The notes under the pieces are model-generated. The model saw only the letters and a list, made by a program, of their open reading frames with translations. It searched no databases and was not told the DNA's origin. The translations under genes were made by a program, and so were the position numbers. Shown in pieces: positions 9,004 through 17,696 of a stretch of DNA of 64,000 nt (position 1 is the first letter of the stretch; every line of letters begins with the position of its first letter). This stretch comes from Minisyncoccota bacterium (GTDB lineage Bacteria > Patescibacteriota > Minisyncoccia > Phycocordibacterales > SBAW01), in contig JAGOUZ010000001.1 of assembly GCA_018060985.1 (NCBI GenBank), positions 85,057-149,056 on the forward strand, in the 5' to 3' direction.

Positions 9004-10929
9004 ATGTACGTTATCCGTCGGAGCACCCATAACCCTTTTATCTCACCCATCGTTGATAAATCGTGGGAAGCTCGCGGTACGTTTAACCCTTCTCCCGTTA
9101 AAAAAGGAAATATTACGCACGTACTCTACCGCGCGCTTGGCCGCCCGGATGCCCTTATGACACCTGCAGGCCTTTCTACCATAGGCAAGGCGCTCTCGCT
9201 CGATGGCAAGCACTTTCAGAACCGCAGGCAATTTATTATTCCTGAAGCTGAGTGGGAAAAATACGGATGCGAAGACCCTCGGGTTACCTTTTTCGAAGGC
9301 AAGTATTATGTTTTTTATACTGCCCTTGGCGGCATGCCGTTTGGACCAGGCAACATTAAGATTGCCTGTGCTATTTCTAAAGATCTTGAGACGGTTGATG
9401 AGCGACATTTGATAACCCCCTTTAACGCAAAGGCTATGACGCTCTTTCCAGAACGCGTTAATGGCAAAATAACCGCTATTCTGACCGCACATACCGACGA
9501 ACCACCCGCAAAGATTGCCCTGGTGCAATGCGATGAGATTTCCGATTTGTGGGACATCGGGTTCTGGAATAAATGGCACGCGGAGCTCGACCAGCACACT
9601 ATCAACCCACTCCGCTTTGATACTGACCATGTTGAAGTTGGCTCTCAGCCAATAAAAACTAAAGACGGTTGGTTGCTCTTTTACTCGTACATCCAGCATT
9701 ACTTTGGTGGTGGTGAACGTGTGTTCGGCATTGAGGCAATGCTCCTCGACCTAAAAGATCCTCATAAGATTGCAGGTAAGACGAGAGGCCCTATCATGGT
9801 GCCTGAAGAAATCTATGAGAAGTACGGCATTGTGCCTGAGATTGTCTTCCCATCCGGCGCACTACTTCAGGATGACAATCGCGTTGATATTTACTACGGC
9901 GCTGCCGATACGGTATGTGCACGGGCCAGCCTTAACCTGCCTGACCTGCTTTCTGCCATGCTTCCCGAACGCAGAGTAGAGTTGGCGGTACGCGCCAAAG
10001 AAAATCCGATACTTATACCGAACCCTAAAAATGCGTGGGAAAAGAATGCGGTATTTAACGCCGCTGCGATAGACATAGATGATACGGTGAGGATCCTCTA
10101 CCGCGCCATGGGCGACGACAACACCAGCGTACTCGGCTACGCTACGTCAACAAACGGCACCAAGATCACCGAGCGCCTTGATGTACCTGTCTACGTTCCC
10201 CGCGAAGATTTTGAGATGAAGCACGGCTCTCCTACCGGCAACTCTGGCTGTGAAGACCCTCGTATTACCCGTATAGGTAATACCTTATATATGACCTACA
10301 CCGCCTATGATGGCGCGAATCCAACCCGAGTAGCACTTACCACTATTTCTATAAAAGACTTTTTGGCAGAGCGGTGGGACAAGTGGAGCAAACCGGTCAT
10401 AACAACGCCCGAACATGTCAACGAAAAAGACCTGTGTCTTATGCCGGAAAAAATAAACGGCCAGTACATGATTATGCACCGCATAGACCCTATGATCTGT
10501 GCCGACTTTCTTGATGATCTTGAATTTACAAAGAACAAGCTGACCCGCTGTATTGAAATTATGGGCCCAAGGCCCGGCATGTGGGACAGTAAGAAAATCG
10601 GCATTGCAGGGCCTCCCATAAAAACCAAGAAGGGTTGGCTCCTGATCTATCACGGAGTTTCGAAGACCTCTACCTACCGGCTTGGCGCGGTACTGCTCGA
10701 TCTCAAAAATCCTTCTATTATTCTATCGAGAAGCGTAGATACTATCCTTGAGCCGCTTGAGCCCTACGAAAAAGAAGGTATTGTGCGCAATGCCGTATTT
10801 TCTTGCGGACAAGCCCTACGAGGAGACAACCTCTATATATATTATGGCGGCGCAGACACCGTACTTGCTGTAGCAAAAGTCTCCCTTCAAAAACTCCTTG
10901 ATATCTTGCTACCGGACAACCTGGCCTAG
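9004..10929 (+). CDS. Tandem two-domain GH130 (DUF377) protein
   Basis: Two complete GH130 modules. Module 1: FNPSPVKKGNITHVLYRALG / GCEDPRVTFFEGKYYVFYTALGG. Module 2: FNAAAIDIDDTVRILYRAMG / GCEDPRITRIGNTLYMTYTAYDG. Start moved to the Met 5 nt after the upstream stop. Confidence 0.8.
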   Translation: MYVIRRSTHNPFISPIVDKSWEARGTFNPSPVKKGNITHVLYRALGRPDALMTPAGLSTIGKALSLDGKHFQNRRQFIIPEAEWEKYGCEDPRVTFFEGKYYVFYTALGGMPFGPGNIKIACAISKDLETVDERHLITPFNAKAMTLFPERVNGKITAILTAHTDEPPAKIALVQCDEISDLWDIGFWNKWHAELDQHTINPLRFDTDHVEVGSQPIKTKDGWLLFYSYIQHYFGGGERVFGIEAMLLDLKDPHKIAGKTRGPIMVPEEIYEKYGIVPEIVFPSGALLQDDNRVDIYYGAADTVCARASLNLPDLLSAMLPERRVELAVRAKENPILIPNPKNAWEKNAVFNAAAIDIDDTVRILYRAMGDDNTSVLGYATSTNGTKITERLDVPVYVPREDFEMKHGSPTGNSGCEDPRITRIGNTLYMTYTAYDGANPTRVALTTISIKDFLAERWDKWSKPVITTPEHVNEKDLCLMPEKINGQYMIMHRIDPMICADFLDDLEFTKNKLTRCIEIMGPRPGMWDSKKIGIAGPPIKTKKGWLLIYHGVSKTSTYRLGAVLLDLKNPSIILSRSVDTILEPLEPYEKEGIVRNAVFSCGQALRGDNLYIYYGGADTVLAVAKVSLQKLLDILLPDNLA

Positions 10930-10932
10930 CAT

Positions 10933-11715
10933 ATGGATTTTAAACCAAAGCTTATGGCGTTCGACCTCGACGGCACCCTTGCCGAGAGCAAACAGCGTCT
11001 GTCTGCCGACATGGGCGAACAATTTGCCGAGCTCCTTGAGGTAATGCCCGCAGCAATCCTTTCGGGTGCAGGTTTTGACCAGTTTGAGAATCAGTTTCTA
11101 CCCGCACTTCCTGCAGAAGCCAAGCTTGAGAAATTATTTCTTTTTCCTACCAACGGTGCTGAATGCATGATCTACAAAGACGGCGTATGGAAGGCTAAAT
11201 ATGACCTTTCGTTTAATCTAATGGAGCGTGGGCGTATTATGCAGGCACTCAAAGAATCTCTGGCGGAGAGTGGTCTTAGTACGATTCCAGAATATACAGA
11301 AGAATGGGGCAACCAGATAGAAGACCGTGGTGCACAGATTACTTTCTCGGCGCTAGGCCAGAAAGCGCCGATAGAGATCAAGAGAGCCTGGGACCCAAAC
11401 CGCACCAAGCGCAAGCCGCTTTACGATGCACTTAAACGCAGACTTCCCGACTTTTCCATCGGTCTTAATGCGAGCACCTCTATCGACATCACAAAGAAAG
11501 GCGTTAATAAAGCCTACGGTATCCGCAAACTCATAGAACTTACCGGCATCTCAGTGTCAGAAATGCTCTACGTGGGCGACGCACTTGAAGAAGGCGGCAA
11601 TGACTCCGTAGTGGTACAAACGGGCATTAAGACGCATGAAGTATTTGGACCGGATGAAACCGCCCGCCTGATTGGCGAAATCTTACGCACTACACGTCAT
11701 ATGGCTACTGCTTAG
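10933..11715 (+). CDS. HAD-IIB hydrolase, eukaryotic-type phosphomannomutase-like (PMM family)
   Basis: N-terminal AFDLDGTLAES (DxDGT) and C-terminal LYVGDALEEGGNDSVVVQTG...PDETARLIGEIL. These resemble the GGNDxEI C-terminal block of eukaryotic PMM. Length is 260 aa. Confidence 0.7.
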   Translation: MDFKPKLMAFDLDGTLAESKQRLSADMGEQFAELLEVMPAAILSGAGFDQFENQFLPALPAEAKLEKLFLFPTNGAECMIYKDGVWKAKYDLSFNLMERGRIMQALKESLAESGLSTIPEYTEEWGNQIEDRGAQITFSALGQKAPIEIKRAWDPNRTKRKPLYDALKRRLPDFSIGLNASTSIDITKKGVNKAYGIRKLIELTGISVSEMLYVGDALEEGGNDSVVVQTGIKTHEVFGPDETARLIGEILRTTRHMATA

Positions 11716-11729
11716 TAGAGGAGAATTCC

Positions 11730-14351
11730 CTACTGAGCCATGTACTGGAGACCTTCCTGCAGGGTAACCGCTTTAATACCTGACTGTTTGATATAGGTGA
11801 CGATATTCTGGAAGAGTGCAGTTGTTATCGCGTATTCGTTGCCACCGCTTGCCACCACATCGTGGAGTTCAAAGATTACCCAGCGTTTGTCGGCAATAGC
11901 CTGGTCTATCCACGCCTTAGCACTTGCGAGCGTCGTGGTTTTGTCTAGGCGGATATCATAGAGCGCATACTTGTTGGCTGTTGGAGAGTTGAGACCCCAA
12001 TAACTGCCACGCGCGCCAACGTAACCCGCGTCCTTAGTAACCTGCTCTACCGTAGGATTAACACCACCAATTGGATAGATGAAGGTCTTGGGTGTAAAGC
12101 TTTGTGCCACAAGGTCATCAAACGAACCCTTAATCTCAGTTTGCATTTGAGCCTGTGTGAGCGAAGTCAGGTCAGGATGAGTACGTGAGTGGCCGCCGAT
12201 CTCGTGACCCTCGTTCTTGAGTGTCGTGATGTTGGCCCAAGACATGTACGGTGAGGAATTAACTTCACTCGTAATGATGCCGAACATTCCCTTGATACCT
12301 GCAGTGTTCAGAATGCCGCGAGCATTTTGATACTGAGTTGCGAGACCATCGTCGAACACCAGCGTTACCATGCCTTGTGCAAATGGATTTGCAGGAAGTG
12401 CGATGAGCGACACGTTGTCTATCGTGAGGCTGCCATTTCTTGCAAGTGCATGAAATACATTCATTTCAACCGCATTTCTCGGTACCGTAACCTCTGCGCG
12501 GATCGACTGCCAAGTGCCGCCAGTAGATGGAGCGGTTGCAAGCCACTGATAGCTGTAAGTGCCATCACTCAGCTTAAACTCGATGTTGACCTCAGATATT
12601 GCAGTTGAGTTGTAGTCATTGCGATACTCGTAGATGGTATTGCTGGATACCGGAAGAGAGGTGTACACCCACTTAATGTCTCCAGTACTGTAGTTGCTGA
12701 TCTGCGCCGTTACTCCCCGACCACTTTTACCAGTTGCAGGATACGTAAAGGTTGCTGTGTTGCTACCCCACTTACTTGAATGCCATCCCTGAGGCACTGT
12801 GGTTCCAGTCTCGAAGGTACCGTTTGGTATCAAGTTGCTGCCGCCTGAGGGCATTGTGCATGAAGTGCCATTCCATGTTCCACCTTGGTTTACGCAGGTC
12901 GTGTCGGCGCACGGTGTGGTCGTTTGATCACCAGGAACATTCGGGCAGGTATCTGTTGGCGGAGGTGTAGTGCCGTCATCTTTTTTCAATGTTGCATTGT
13001 CTAACGTGAGTGTTCCTACTGAATTTAGAATGTGAAGAATAGACACTGATACCGCTCCCGTTGGCACGGTAAATTGCTTAGTAAACGTTGCCCACGAAGC
13101 AGAAGCTGGGGCATTGCCCAGCCATACGTAGCTTGTGGAACCATTGCTTAACTTAAATTCAGCCGTAACGTTAGTAACTTTATCTGAGATGTAGTCATCA
13201 GAGTAGGTATAGGTCTTCCCCGCCTCTACGGTTACATGATTGTGTATCCACTTGGCATCGCCTGAGGTATATGCAGTGACCTGGAGTTTTGCCGCATTGC
13301 CACTCTTTCCTGTAACTGGGTAGGTAAAGACAGGAGTAATCGTACCCCAGCTTCCTTTAATCCATGCTTGTGGAACTCCACTCGTGCCGACCGTATCTAG
13401 ATTGCCGTTTGTAATCAAGTTAGTCGTAGTAGGCGGAGGCGGCATGTCGCATGATGAACCGTTCCAGGTGCCGCCCTGGTTTACGCAGGTCGTGTCTGCA
13501 CACGGAGTAGTGGTCTGATTTCCGGGAACATTCGGGCAGGTGTCGGTAGGAGGTGGTGGCGGCATGTCGCAAGAACTACCATTCCAAGTACCTCCTTGCT
13601 GGGTGCAGGTCGTGTCAGCACACGGTGTAGTTGTTTGGTTGCCCGGGACATTTGGACACGTATCTGTAGGTGGCGGTGGTGGCATGTCGCAAGATGAACC
13701 GTTCCAAGTTCCCCCTTGATTCACGCACGTTGTATCAGCGCATGGGGTAGTTGTTTGATCACCAGGAACATTCGGACAGGTGTCAGTTGGAGGAGTAACA
13801 ACGCCGTCTTTTTGTACAGAAACATTATCTATCGTAAGCGTACCAACCGATGAGAGCGAGTGAAGAACCGACATAGAGACAGCATTTGCAGGAACCGTAA
13901 ATTGCTTGCTGAATGTCTTCCAGGTGTCATTGGTGGTGGCGGGATTGCCAAGCCAAACATAGCTATAGCTACCGTCCTGAAGTTTGTATTCGACACTTAC
14001 GCTGCTGGCCTTGTTGGAAGAATAGTCGTCAGAAAAGAGATATACCTCGCCTGGCGTAACTGGCATGTGGTTGAAGTACCACTTTGCATCACCGGAGGAA
14101 CGCTTAGTAACCTGTACCTTTGCTGCTTTAGCACTAGTATTTCCTGCAACTGGGTACGAAAAAGTTACCGTAATGGTACCCCATTTGTCGGTGCCCCATC
14201 CTTGAGGAATGGAAGCGTTTGAAGACGCTGTTTCTAAATTTCCGTTCTGAACTATGTTCGGACCAAATGCTGCAAATGTGTAAAAAACCGGTACCAAGAG
14301 TGCTCCCAATACAACCAATGCCGCCCTCCGCGTATAACTCATGTCTATCAA
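11730..14351 (-). CDS. Secreted multi-domain protein: four CBM4/9-like carbohydrate-binding modules separated by Cys-rich 40-aa linker modules, with a C-terminal CE4 (NodB) polysaccharide deacetylase
   Basis: Signal/TM start MSYTRRAALVVLGALLVPVF. Four repeats of ...GWGTDKWG...TLTIDNVS. Linkers PPPTDTCPNVPGxQTTTPCADTTCVNQGGTWNGSSCDMPPPP (three in tandem, one further downstream). C-terminal GMVTLVFDDGLATQY...HSRTHPDLTSL matches the NodB motifs. Confidence 0.8.
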   Translation of the reverse strand: MIDMSYTRRAALVVLGALLVPVFYTFAAFGPNIVQNGNLETASSNASIPQGWGTDKWGTITVTFSYPVAGNTSAKAAKVQVTKRSSGDAKWYFNHMPVTPGEVYLFSDDYSSNKASSVSVEYKLQDGSYSYVWLGNPATTNDTWKTFSKQFTVPANAVSMSVLHSLSSVGTLTIDNVSVQKDGVVTPPTDTCPNVPGDQTTTPCADTTCVNQGGTWNGSSCDMPPPPPTDTCPNVPGNQTTTPCADTTCTQQGGTWNGSSCDMPPPPPTDTCPNVPGNQTTTPCADTTCVNQGGTWNGSSCDMPPPPTTTNLITNGNLDTVGTSGVPQAWIKGSWGTITPVFTYPVTGKSGNAAKLQVTAYTSGDAKWIHNHVTVEAGKTYTYSDDYISDKVTNVTAEFKLSNGSTSYVWLGNAPASASWATFTKQFTVPTGAVSVSILHILNSVGTLTLDNATLKKDDGTTPPPTDTCPNVPGDQTTTPCADTTCVNQGGTWNGTSCTMPSGGSNLIPNGTFETGTTVPQGWHSSKWGSNTATFTYPATGKSGRGVTAQISNYSTGDIKWVYTSLPVSSNTIYEYRNDYNSTAISEVNIEFKLSDGTYSYQWLATAPSTGGTWQSIRAEVTVPRNAVEMNVFHALARNGSLTIDNVSLIALPANPFAQGMVTLVFDDGLATQYQNARGILNTAGIKGMFGIITSEVNSSPYMSWANITTLKNEGHEIGGHSRTHPDLTSLTQAQMQTEIKGSFDDLVAQSFTPKTFIYPIGGVNPTVEQVTKDAGYVGARGSYWGLNSPTANKYALYDIRLDKTTTLASAKAWIDQAIADKRWVIFELHDVVASGGNEYAITTALFQNIVTYIKQSGIKAVTLQEGLQYMAQ
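13441..13800. repeat. Three perfect-length (120 nt) tandem DNA repeats encoding the Cys-rich linker modules; a fourth diverged copy lies at about 12846-12965
   Basis: Units 13441-13560, 13561-13680 and 13681-13800 each begin ggcatgtcgca(a/t)ga... and align with a few substitutions. Confidence 0.75.
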
Positions 14352-14411
14352 TCTGCTATTCGTATAATATGTCTCAGTGACCTGTCTCTCCTGACAAGAA
14401 GTATACCGTGT

Positions 14412-14855
14412 CTATCGAGAGAATATGCCAAAGACTGAGTGAAAAAGCTGTGAAAAGAACTCTAGCACATTTTTTGCATGCTCGGCAATTTTAGTAGATG
14501 ACGTAGAAATCTCTTCATCAACTGCTATTTCTGTCTCTGCATGTGCAGTAGAACTGCTGTGTGCGTAAGTCTCGCCACTTACTGCTTCGACAACCGTTTC
14601 TACCTTAATGGGCTCGCCAGGGGCGTAGGTTTTATCAACCACTTCGCTCGTGGTATTGCCATCTACAGTTTTAATGATCTCGGTATGCGAAGTGCCTTCG
14701 TGGTCACCCGCGTGGACAATACTTGTTACCTGCACCGATGCAGAAGAATCCCCCGTTACTATTGTTTGCCCTTCGCCCGCAACCATACCGCCCGTTGCCG
14801 CAGCAGCTGCGCCTGCAGTCATTACTACTCCAGCTACAAATGAATCAATAGACAT
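14412..14855 (-). CDS. Hypothetical small protein with a hydrophobic N-terminal segment, co-transcribed downstream of the 901-aa surface protein
   Basis: Starts 4 nt after the upstream stop. N-terminal segment FVAGVVMTAGAAAAATGG. Acidic, Thr/Ser-rich. Confidence 0.45.
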   Translation of the reverse strand: MSIDSFVAGVVMTAGAAAAATGGMVAGEGQTIVTGDSSASVQVTSIVHAGDHEGTSHTEIIKTVDGNTTSEVVDKTYAPGEPIKVETVVEAVSGETYAHSSSTAHAETEIAVDEEISTSSTKIAEHAKNVLEFFSQLFHSVFGIFSR

Positions 14856-14859
14856 GAGG

Positions 14860-17565
14860 TTATTTTACCGCAGCTTGAACGTGTTCCGCGCTAAAGCCAA
14901 AAGCAATACTACTAAAGATGTCGCGCAACAGTGTTACCAGAGGAAACGATTGAAGCGAAAGCTTGGAGAAGAGTGACGGAGTCGTTGCAGGAGCTTCTGT
15001 ACCAAGTTGGAGGCCGTGGAATGATCCGTACTGCGCAAAGAATGGGAAGTTTGCTGCAGACCAGAGCGTAATTGGGGCGCTTGAGAGTGCAGGCTGGAAT
15101 GTACCGTTGCGGTACGCCATGATGTTGTTCATTTGGAGTGACGAAAGTGGAAATTCTTGTTCACCACCACAGTTGATCTCATTAATCTTTTTCTTAGTGG
15201 TGTAGTACACGTGACCGGTCGGGTCGCCGAGTCCCCATGGAGAGAGGATGTCGCTTGCGAATTCTTTCTGGAAGCTGGAAACGGCAGCTATAGAAGCCGC
15301 ATCATATTCGCCATCTGGCACAATCTCTGCGCCACGAACATCGTGAAGGAATGTCTCGAGCAACGTCACCTGTGCAGGATCGTTATTGGCACCAGGGATA
15401 ATGTACGAACTCAGGTATGCCGGACAGTCAGTTGCAGCAAGCACTTCCCCCTCAAGCAGCTCAACGGTTGCTTTGGCAGTAACTGGCTTGATCGTGATGC
15501 CATTGCTTGAGGTTTCATATCCGGTGAGGCGTGCAGTGTTGTCGTATTTACCCGGTACGAGTGATCCCTTAAATTCAATCGAGTATTTGATGACGATCTC
15601 TTCTCCTGCCTTAATAGTTCCCAGGTTCCAGGTCTGAACGCCTGCCGCCTCGCCCATCGGATTCATAAGCGTGTCGCGAAGTTTTGCGCCGTAGACATTT
15701 GAACCATTGTTCATGAGCGTCAGCGTGTACTCAATTACTCCTGGAGACGTAACGGTGCTTTGAGAAGCAGTCTTAGTGAGTTGTAGCTTTGATTCTGCTA
15801 CTGCCTTCTTCCAATAGCTTGAGCTTCCACCACCACTGCCCACCATCTGGCCTGCGGCTTGTTCTGACGGACCTGCTCCTGGGCGCGGACCGAAGGTAAA
15901 GTCTCCGTCCCAATTACCCGATACGGTGAAGAGTCCGAACATCCAGTCTTGGCCGATCAGCGTCGTGTTGAGAATGTTGAGGACGTAGAGGAAAGACTGC
16001 GCATCACCGGATTTAATAGTGACATCCCCACCGGTGCCTACGTTACCTCCAGTAGTTGCCTCGGCAATGGCATTAACCAATACTTTTGCGTAGTTAGTCT
16101 GTTTGATGTTGAAGTTCTCAAGCATATCTCCGCTTGCCTTGCCGCGACCGCAGATAATGTCTGCGTATGGCGTAGTTTCGCGATCATAGCCTTCCGGAAT
16201 CTGGTACACATCGCCGTTCCACGTGCCGCCGACAGAAATAATGAAGCAGGACGGAGGATTGATCTGATTTGCGAACGTACTCGTAAAGGCGTGAGCGAGA
16301 GCGTTTCCGGTGTCTACTGCAGATGTGCCAGTACCATTTGCGGTGTTATCGCCACTTGATGCTGTGGAGGTGCCGTTGTTAGTAGCATCAGCCGTGTTGC
16401 CGATAGCAAGCGCGCTACCTGCACCAATGCCACCGCCTGCGCGAAGACCTTCAAAGAAGCTTGCCTCTGGGAGCACAATGTCGCCCTCAAGATCACCTAC
16501 CTGGTTCATCAGGATGATGAGATAGCGCGAGTGTAGTGCGGTAAGGTCGCCGATCGTAACCGTGAGGTTTGAGCTGGTGCAGTCGCCGGCATCAATAAGC
16601 ACTGGACCTCCCTCTGATTCACCGAGATTCTTACCACTATTGCAGCCTGCGTAGGTATTGCGCTCAACTTCGCCGATATTGTCGCCAATGTAGTTAAAGA
16701 TAGCGTCGGTTGCTTCGCACACCGTAAGAGTACAGGTGCCTGATTCGCCCGTTAGATTCTTAAAAATATTCTGTATGCGCTGGCGCAAGTCGAGCTCACT
16801 CGCAAGCGGGTTCTGAAGAAGCATAATGTCTCCGGTCGAGTTTACGAGCGCAATGTTGTAGGTCAAAACATCAAACAAAGAAGAAATGCCTTCACCGGTA
16901 AATATATTTATACCGTCCGGGTCTCCGCCAGTGTTTTCACCTGTATTGGCAGTCGTAGAAGCGGTCGTAGTGGCATTTAGACCATTGGTGAGACCTACTG
17001 TTGTGTCTCCCGATCCGCCTGAGCCGCTCCCTGTAGACTCCTCCGGCGCAGGAGTAGTGCTTGAAGCAGTATCAACGCTCGTGGTATTTGCAGACGTATT
17101 TGCAGCAGCGCCCGCGGTAGCGTTGCCTGTAGAAATTTCTGCTGGCTGACCATCTGAGGGAGCTGCGGCAGGGGTAGTGGTACCGTTTGCCCCAGACTGA
17201 CCCTCCTGTCCCTGTGTTCCAGTATCTGTGACGGTTGATGGATCAGGAGTTTCTTGCGGAGCAGTCTGCGATTCGGTAGCGCCAGGCTGGCCTGCTTCGC
17301 CCGTGCCGCCCTGCTGAGCGTCTGGTGTAGACGGCGTAGTCTCAGGAGTAGGTTCCGAAGATGTAGATGCAGGAGTTGTTTCAGTTGTAGGAGCAGGAGG
17401 GGTAGAGGATTCTGGTGCAGGAGTGGATTCCGATGACGCGCTTTCTGTAGACTCACCTTCGGCGTGCACAAGGACAACGAAACCATTCGCCATGGTTACG
17501 ATCATCACTCCGAGCATCAAACCTGCCACCCACTTCTTTCCAACCCATTCCTCAATAACTTTCAT
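14860..17565 (-). CDS. Large secreted/cell-surface protein: signal peptide, Ser/Thr/Pro/Gly-rich low-complexity region, central domain of unknown function, DUF11-type repeat domain and a C-terminal PG_binding_1-like domain
   Basis: N-terminal MKVIEEWVGKKWVAGLMLGVMIVTMANGFVVLVHA. DUF11-like LTKTASQSTVTSPGVIEYTLTLMNNG...GKYDNTARLTGYE. C-terminal DVRGAEIVPDGEYDAASIAAVSSFQKEFASDILSPWGLGDPTG. Confidence 0.7.
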   Translation of the reverse strand: MKVIEEWVGKKWVAGLMLGVMIVTMANGFVVLVHAEGESTESASSESTPAPESSTPPAPTTETTPASTSSEPTPETTPSTPDAQQGGTGEAGQPGATESQTAPQETPDPSTVTDTGTQGQEGQSGANGTTTPAAAPSDGQPAEISTGNATAGAAANTSANTTSVDTASSTTPAPEESTGSGSGGSGDTTVGLTNGLNATTTASTTANTGENTGGDPDGINIFTGEGISSLFDVLTYNIALVNSTGDIMLLQNPLASELDLRQRIQNIFKNLTGESGTCTLTVCEATDAIFNYIGDNIGEVERNTYAGCNSGKNLGESEGGPVLIDAGDCTSSNLTVTIGDLTALHSRYLIILMNQVGDLEGDIVLPEASFFEGLRAGGGIGAGSALAIGNTADATNNGTSTASSGDNTANGTGTSAVDTGNALAHAFTSTFANQINPPSCFIISVGGTWNGDVYQIPEGYDRETTPYADIICGRGKASGDMLENFNIKQTNYAKVLVNAIAEATTGGNVGTGGDVTIKSGDAQSFLYVLNILNTTLIGQDWMFGLFTVSGNWDGDFTFGPRPGAGPSEQAAGQMVGSGGGSSSYWKKAVAESKLQLTKTASQSTVTSPGVIEYTLTLMNNGSNVYGAKLRDTLMNPMGEAAGVQTWNLGTIKAGEEIVIKYSIEFKGSLVPGKYDNTARLTGYETSSNGITIKPVTAKATVELLEGEVLAATDCPAYLSSYIIPGANNDPAQVTLLETFLHDVRGAEIVPDGEYDAASIAAVSSFQKEFASDILSPWGLGDPTGHVYYTTKKKINEINCGGEQEFPLSSLQMNNIMAYRNGTFQPALSSAPITLWSAANFPFFAQYGSFHGLQLGTEAPATTPSLFSKLSLQSFPLVTLLRDIFSSIAFGFSAEHVQAAVK

Positions 17566-17696
17566 AATGTTCTCCTGTTATCCTGTAAATTCTGTATATG
17601 CATCCCTCTCGGAAGCTTCGTTTCCCATCCAAGCCTCAGGAGAAGGAGGGAGCTGCTCAACTAGAGAGCTCCCTACCTTCATTCGTACGCTAAAAG

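Noticed and set aside
16995-17486. 163-aa minus-strand ORF rich in LLLLQLKQLL
   Set aside because: Alternate frame inside the Ser/Thr/Pro-rich region of the 901-aa gene; low-complexity artefact.
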